NCBI GenBank assembly: GCA_031547585.1
Contig: JAVBRV010000452.1
Location: 1-48,869 of the forward strand
Direction of reading: 5' to 3'
DNA length: 48,869 nt
Source of the DNA: Victivallaceae bacterium
GTDB taxonomy: Bacteria > Verrucomicrobiota > Lentisphaeria > Victivallales > Victivallaceae
The stretch's first letter is position 1. Each line of letters begins with the position of its first letter. The translations under genes and the position numbers were made by a program. Positions 47,970 through 48,869 of the stretch are shown piece after piece. A model generated the notes under the pieces. That model was not told where the DNA came from, ran no database searches, and worked only from the letters and a program-made list of their open reading frames with translations.

Positions 47970-48869
47970 ACTTCCTCCTTCATCAGTTTCAGGTTGACTA
48001 AATTCATATGGATGGCTTCCGGGTCGAAGATAGCGCGGGTCGACAGCGAAAGCAAGCCCGATTCCCCCGCTTCCGCGGTCAAATTCCCCAGAAACGACTC
48101 CGCTTCGGCGTAGTAACGCCCCTCCGGTTCGCGCTCAGGCATGAGCGGATGGCGCAACCGGCGGCCGTTCCACTCCAACTCCACCTCGCGCTCGCCCCGC
48201 CAGGCGTGCATATGCATCCGGTTCCGCGTGGTGCAAAGGACCCGGTAACGGCCGCTCTCCGGGAACACCACCTGCCAGGCAATCCGGTCGCCGGGGTGGT
48301 GCCAGCCCGCCAGCGTGCCGTCCTCCGCGATTCCCGTACCGTCGACGCCGTGCCATTGCGCCGCCCCCGGCGGCAGCGTCAAGACGCCGCCCTGCGGTGC
48401 CAGGCGGCGGTCGATTTCGGGTTCGCCATCCAGCTCGAGCGTGACCCGCGGCAGGAACCGGCCGCCGAAATCGGGGAGGTGCAGCCGGAGTACTCCCCCC
48501 TCCTGCTCGAAGGGCACGCCGGCGGCAAGCACCCGGTTGCGGATTCCCCTCAAAGCGACCTCCCGCACCGGTTTGCGGAGAAAGAGATGCAGCTTCCGGC
48601 CGGTCACCGTGCAATAGGCGAAGTCGAGCTCCTGCGGGAACGGCGTTCCGGTCGAACCGGTGATCGCCGCGCCGTTCTCCCGGTACCAGGCGGCGACGCG
48701 CGCCAGGATGGCGTCGGTCTCCGGCGGGAAAGTTCCGTCGGGGCACGGGCCGACGTTGAGAAGGTAATTCGCCTCTTTCTCGGCCAGCGCGACCAATTGG
48801 CCGATCACCTCCTCCGGCGTTTTCCAATTGTGGTCGTCGAATTTATAGCCCCAGGTGTCGTTGAGGGTG
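47966..48869 (-). CDS. Alpha-L-fucosidase-like (GH29), 5' part outside the window
   Basis: Frame is open to the window edge: TLNDTWGYKFDDHNWKT...NYLLNVGP.PDG...W...NG.AI.G. Confidence 0.8.
   Translation of the reverse strand, partial: TLNDTWGYKFDDHNWKTPEEVIGQLVALAEKEANYLLNVGPCPDGTFPPETDAILARVAAWYRENGAAITGSTGTPFPQELDFAYCTVTGRKLHLFLRKPVREVALRGIRNRVLAAGVPFEQEGGVLRLHLPDFGGRFLPRVTLELDGEPEIDRRLAPQGGVLTLPPGAAQWHGVDGTGIAEDGTLAGWHHPGDRIAWQVVFPESGRYRVLCTTRNRMHMHAWRGEREVELEWNGRRLRHPLMPEREPEGRYYAEAESFLGNLTAEAGESGLLSLSTRAIFDPEAIHMNLVNLKLMKEEV

Noticed and set aside
707-48113. Many long antisense or alternative-frame ORFs (e.g. 707-2494, 3767-6214, 17090-19279, 24785-27097, 46275-48113)
   Set aside because: They are shadows of well-supported genes, expected at high GC, and carry no recognisable motifs.

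Overview
GC-rich bacterial chromosomal window, most consistent with Lentisphaerota (Victivallales-like, PVC superphylum). This is inferred from four [17 protein letters not shown] pilin-like genes, a long-form GreA and the CAZyme content. Bases 1-23.3 kb are mostly housekeeping: partial ROK regulator, alaS, STAS, lipoprotein, aldolase/SDR fusion, folE, dtd, dxr, SGNH, serA-like, metallophosphoesterase, greA, degenerate PD-(D/E)XK, purT, fused bat genes, and dnaA with DnaA boxes. Bases 23.6-37.8 kb and 45.8-48.9 kb hold four glycan-use modules, each built from one pilin-like gene and secreted CAZymes (PL8, GH51-like, clan GH-A, GH5, GH29), three of them headed by a GntR/LacI-hybrid regulator, with no SusC/D or ABC transporter. 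The best non-coding signals are: (i) a ~0.6 kb modular, hairpin-rich repeat in two inverted copies flanking an ArsB/NhaD-type transporter, with compensatory base changes between copies; (ii) two sequence-unrelated ~162-nt palindromes sharing an AGA loop and a one-strand G-T bias; (iii) two GTAG-type REP doublets; (iv) a shared TGGTAY-N7-RTACCA operator overlapping -10 boxes. No rRNA, tRNA, CRISPR array, integrase or transposase was seen. All family calls are from motif recognition by eye, not database searches.
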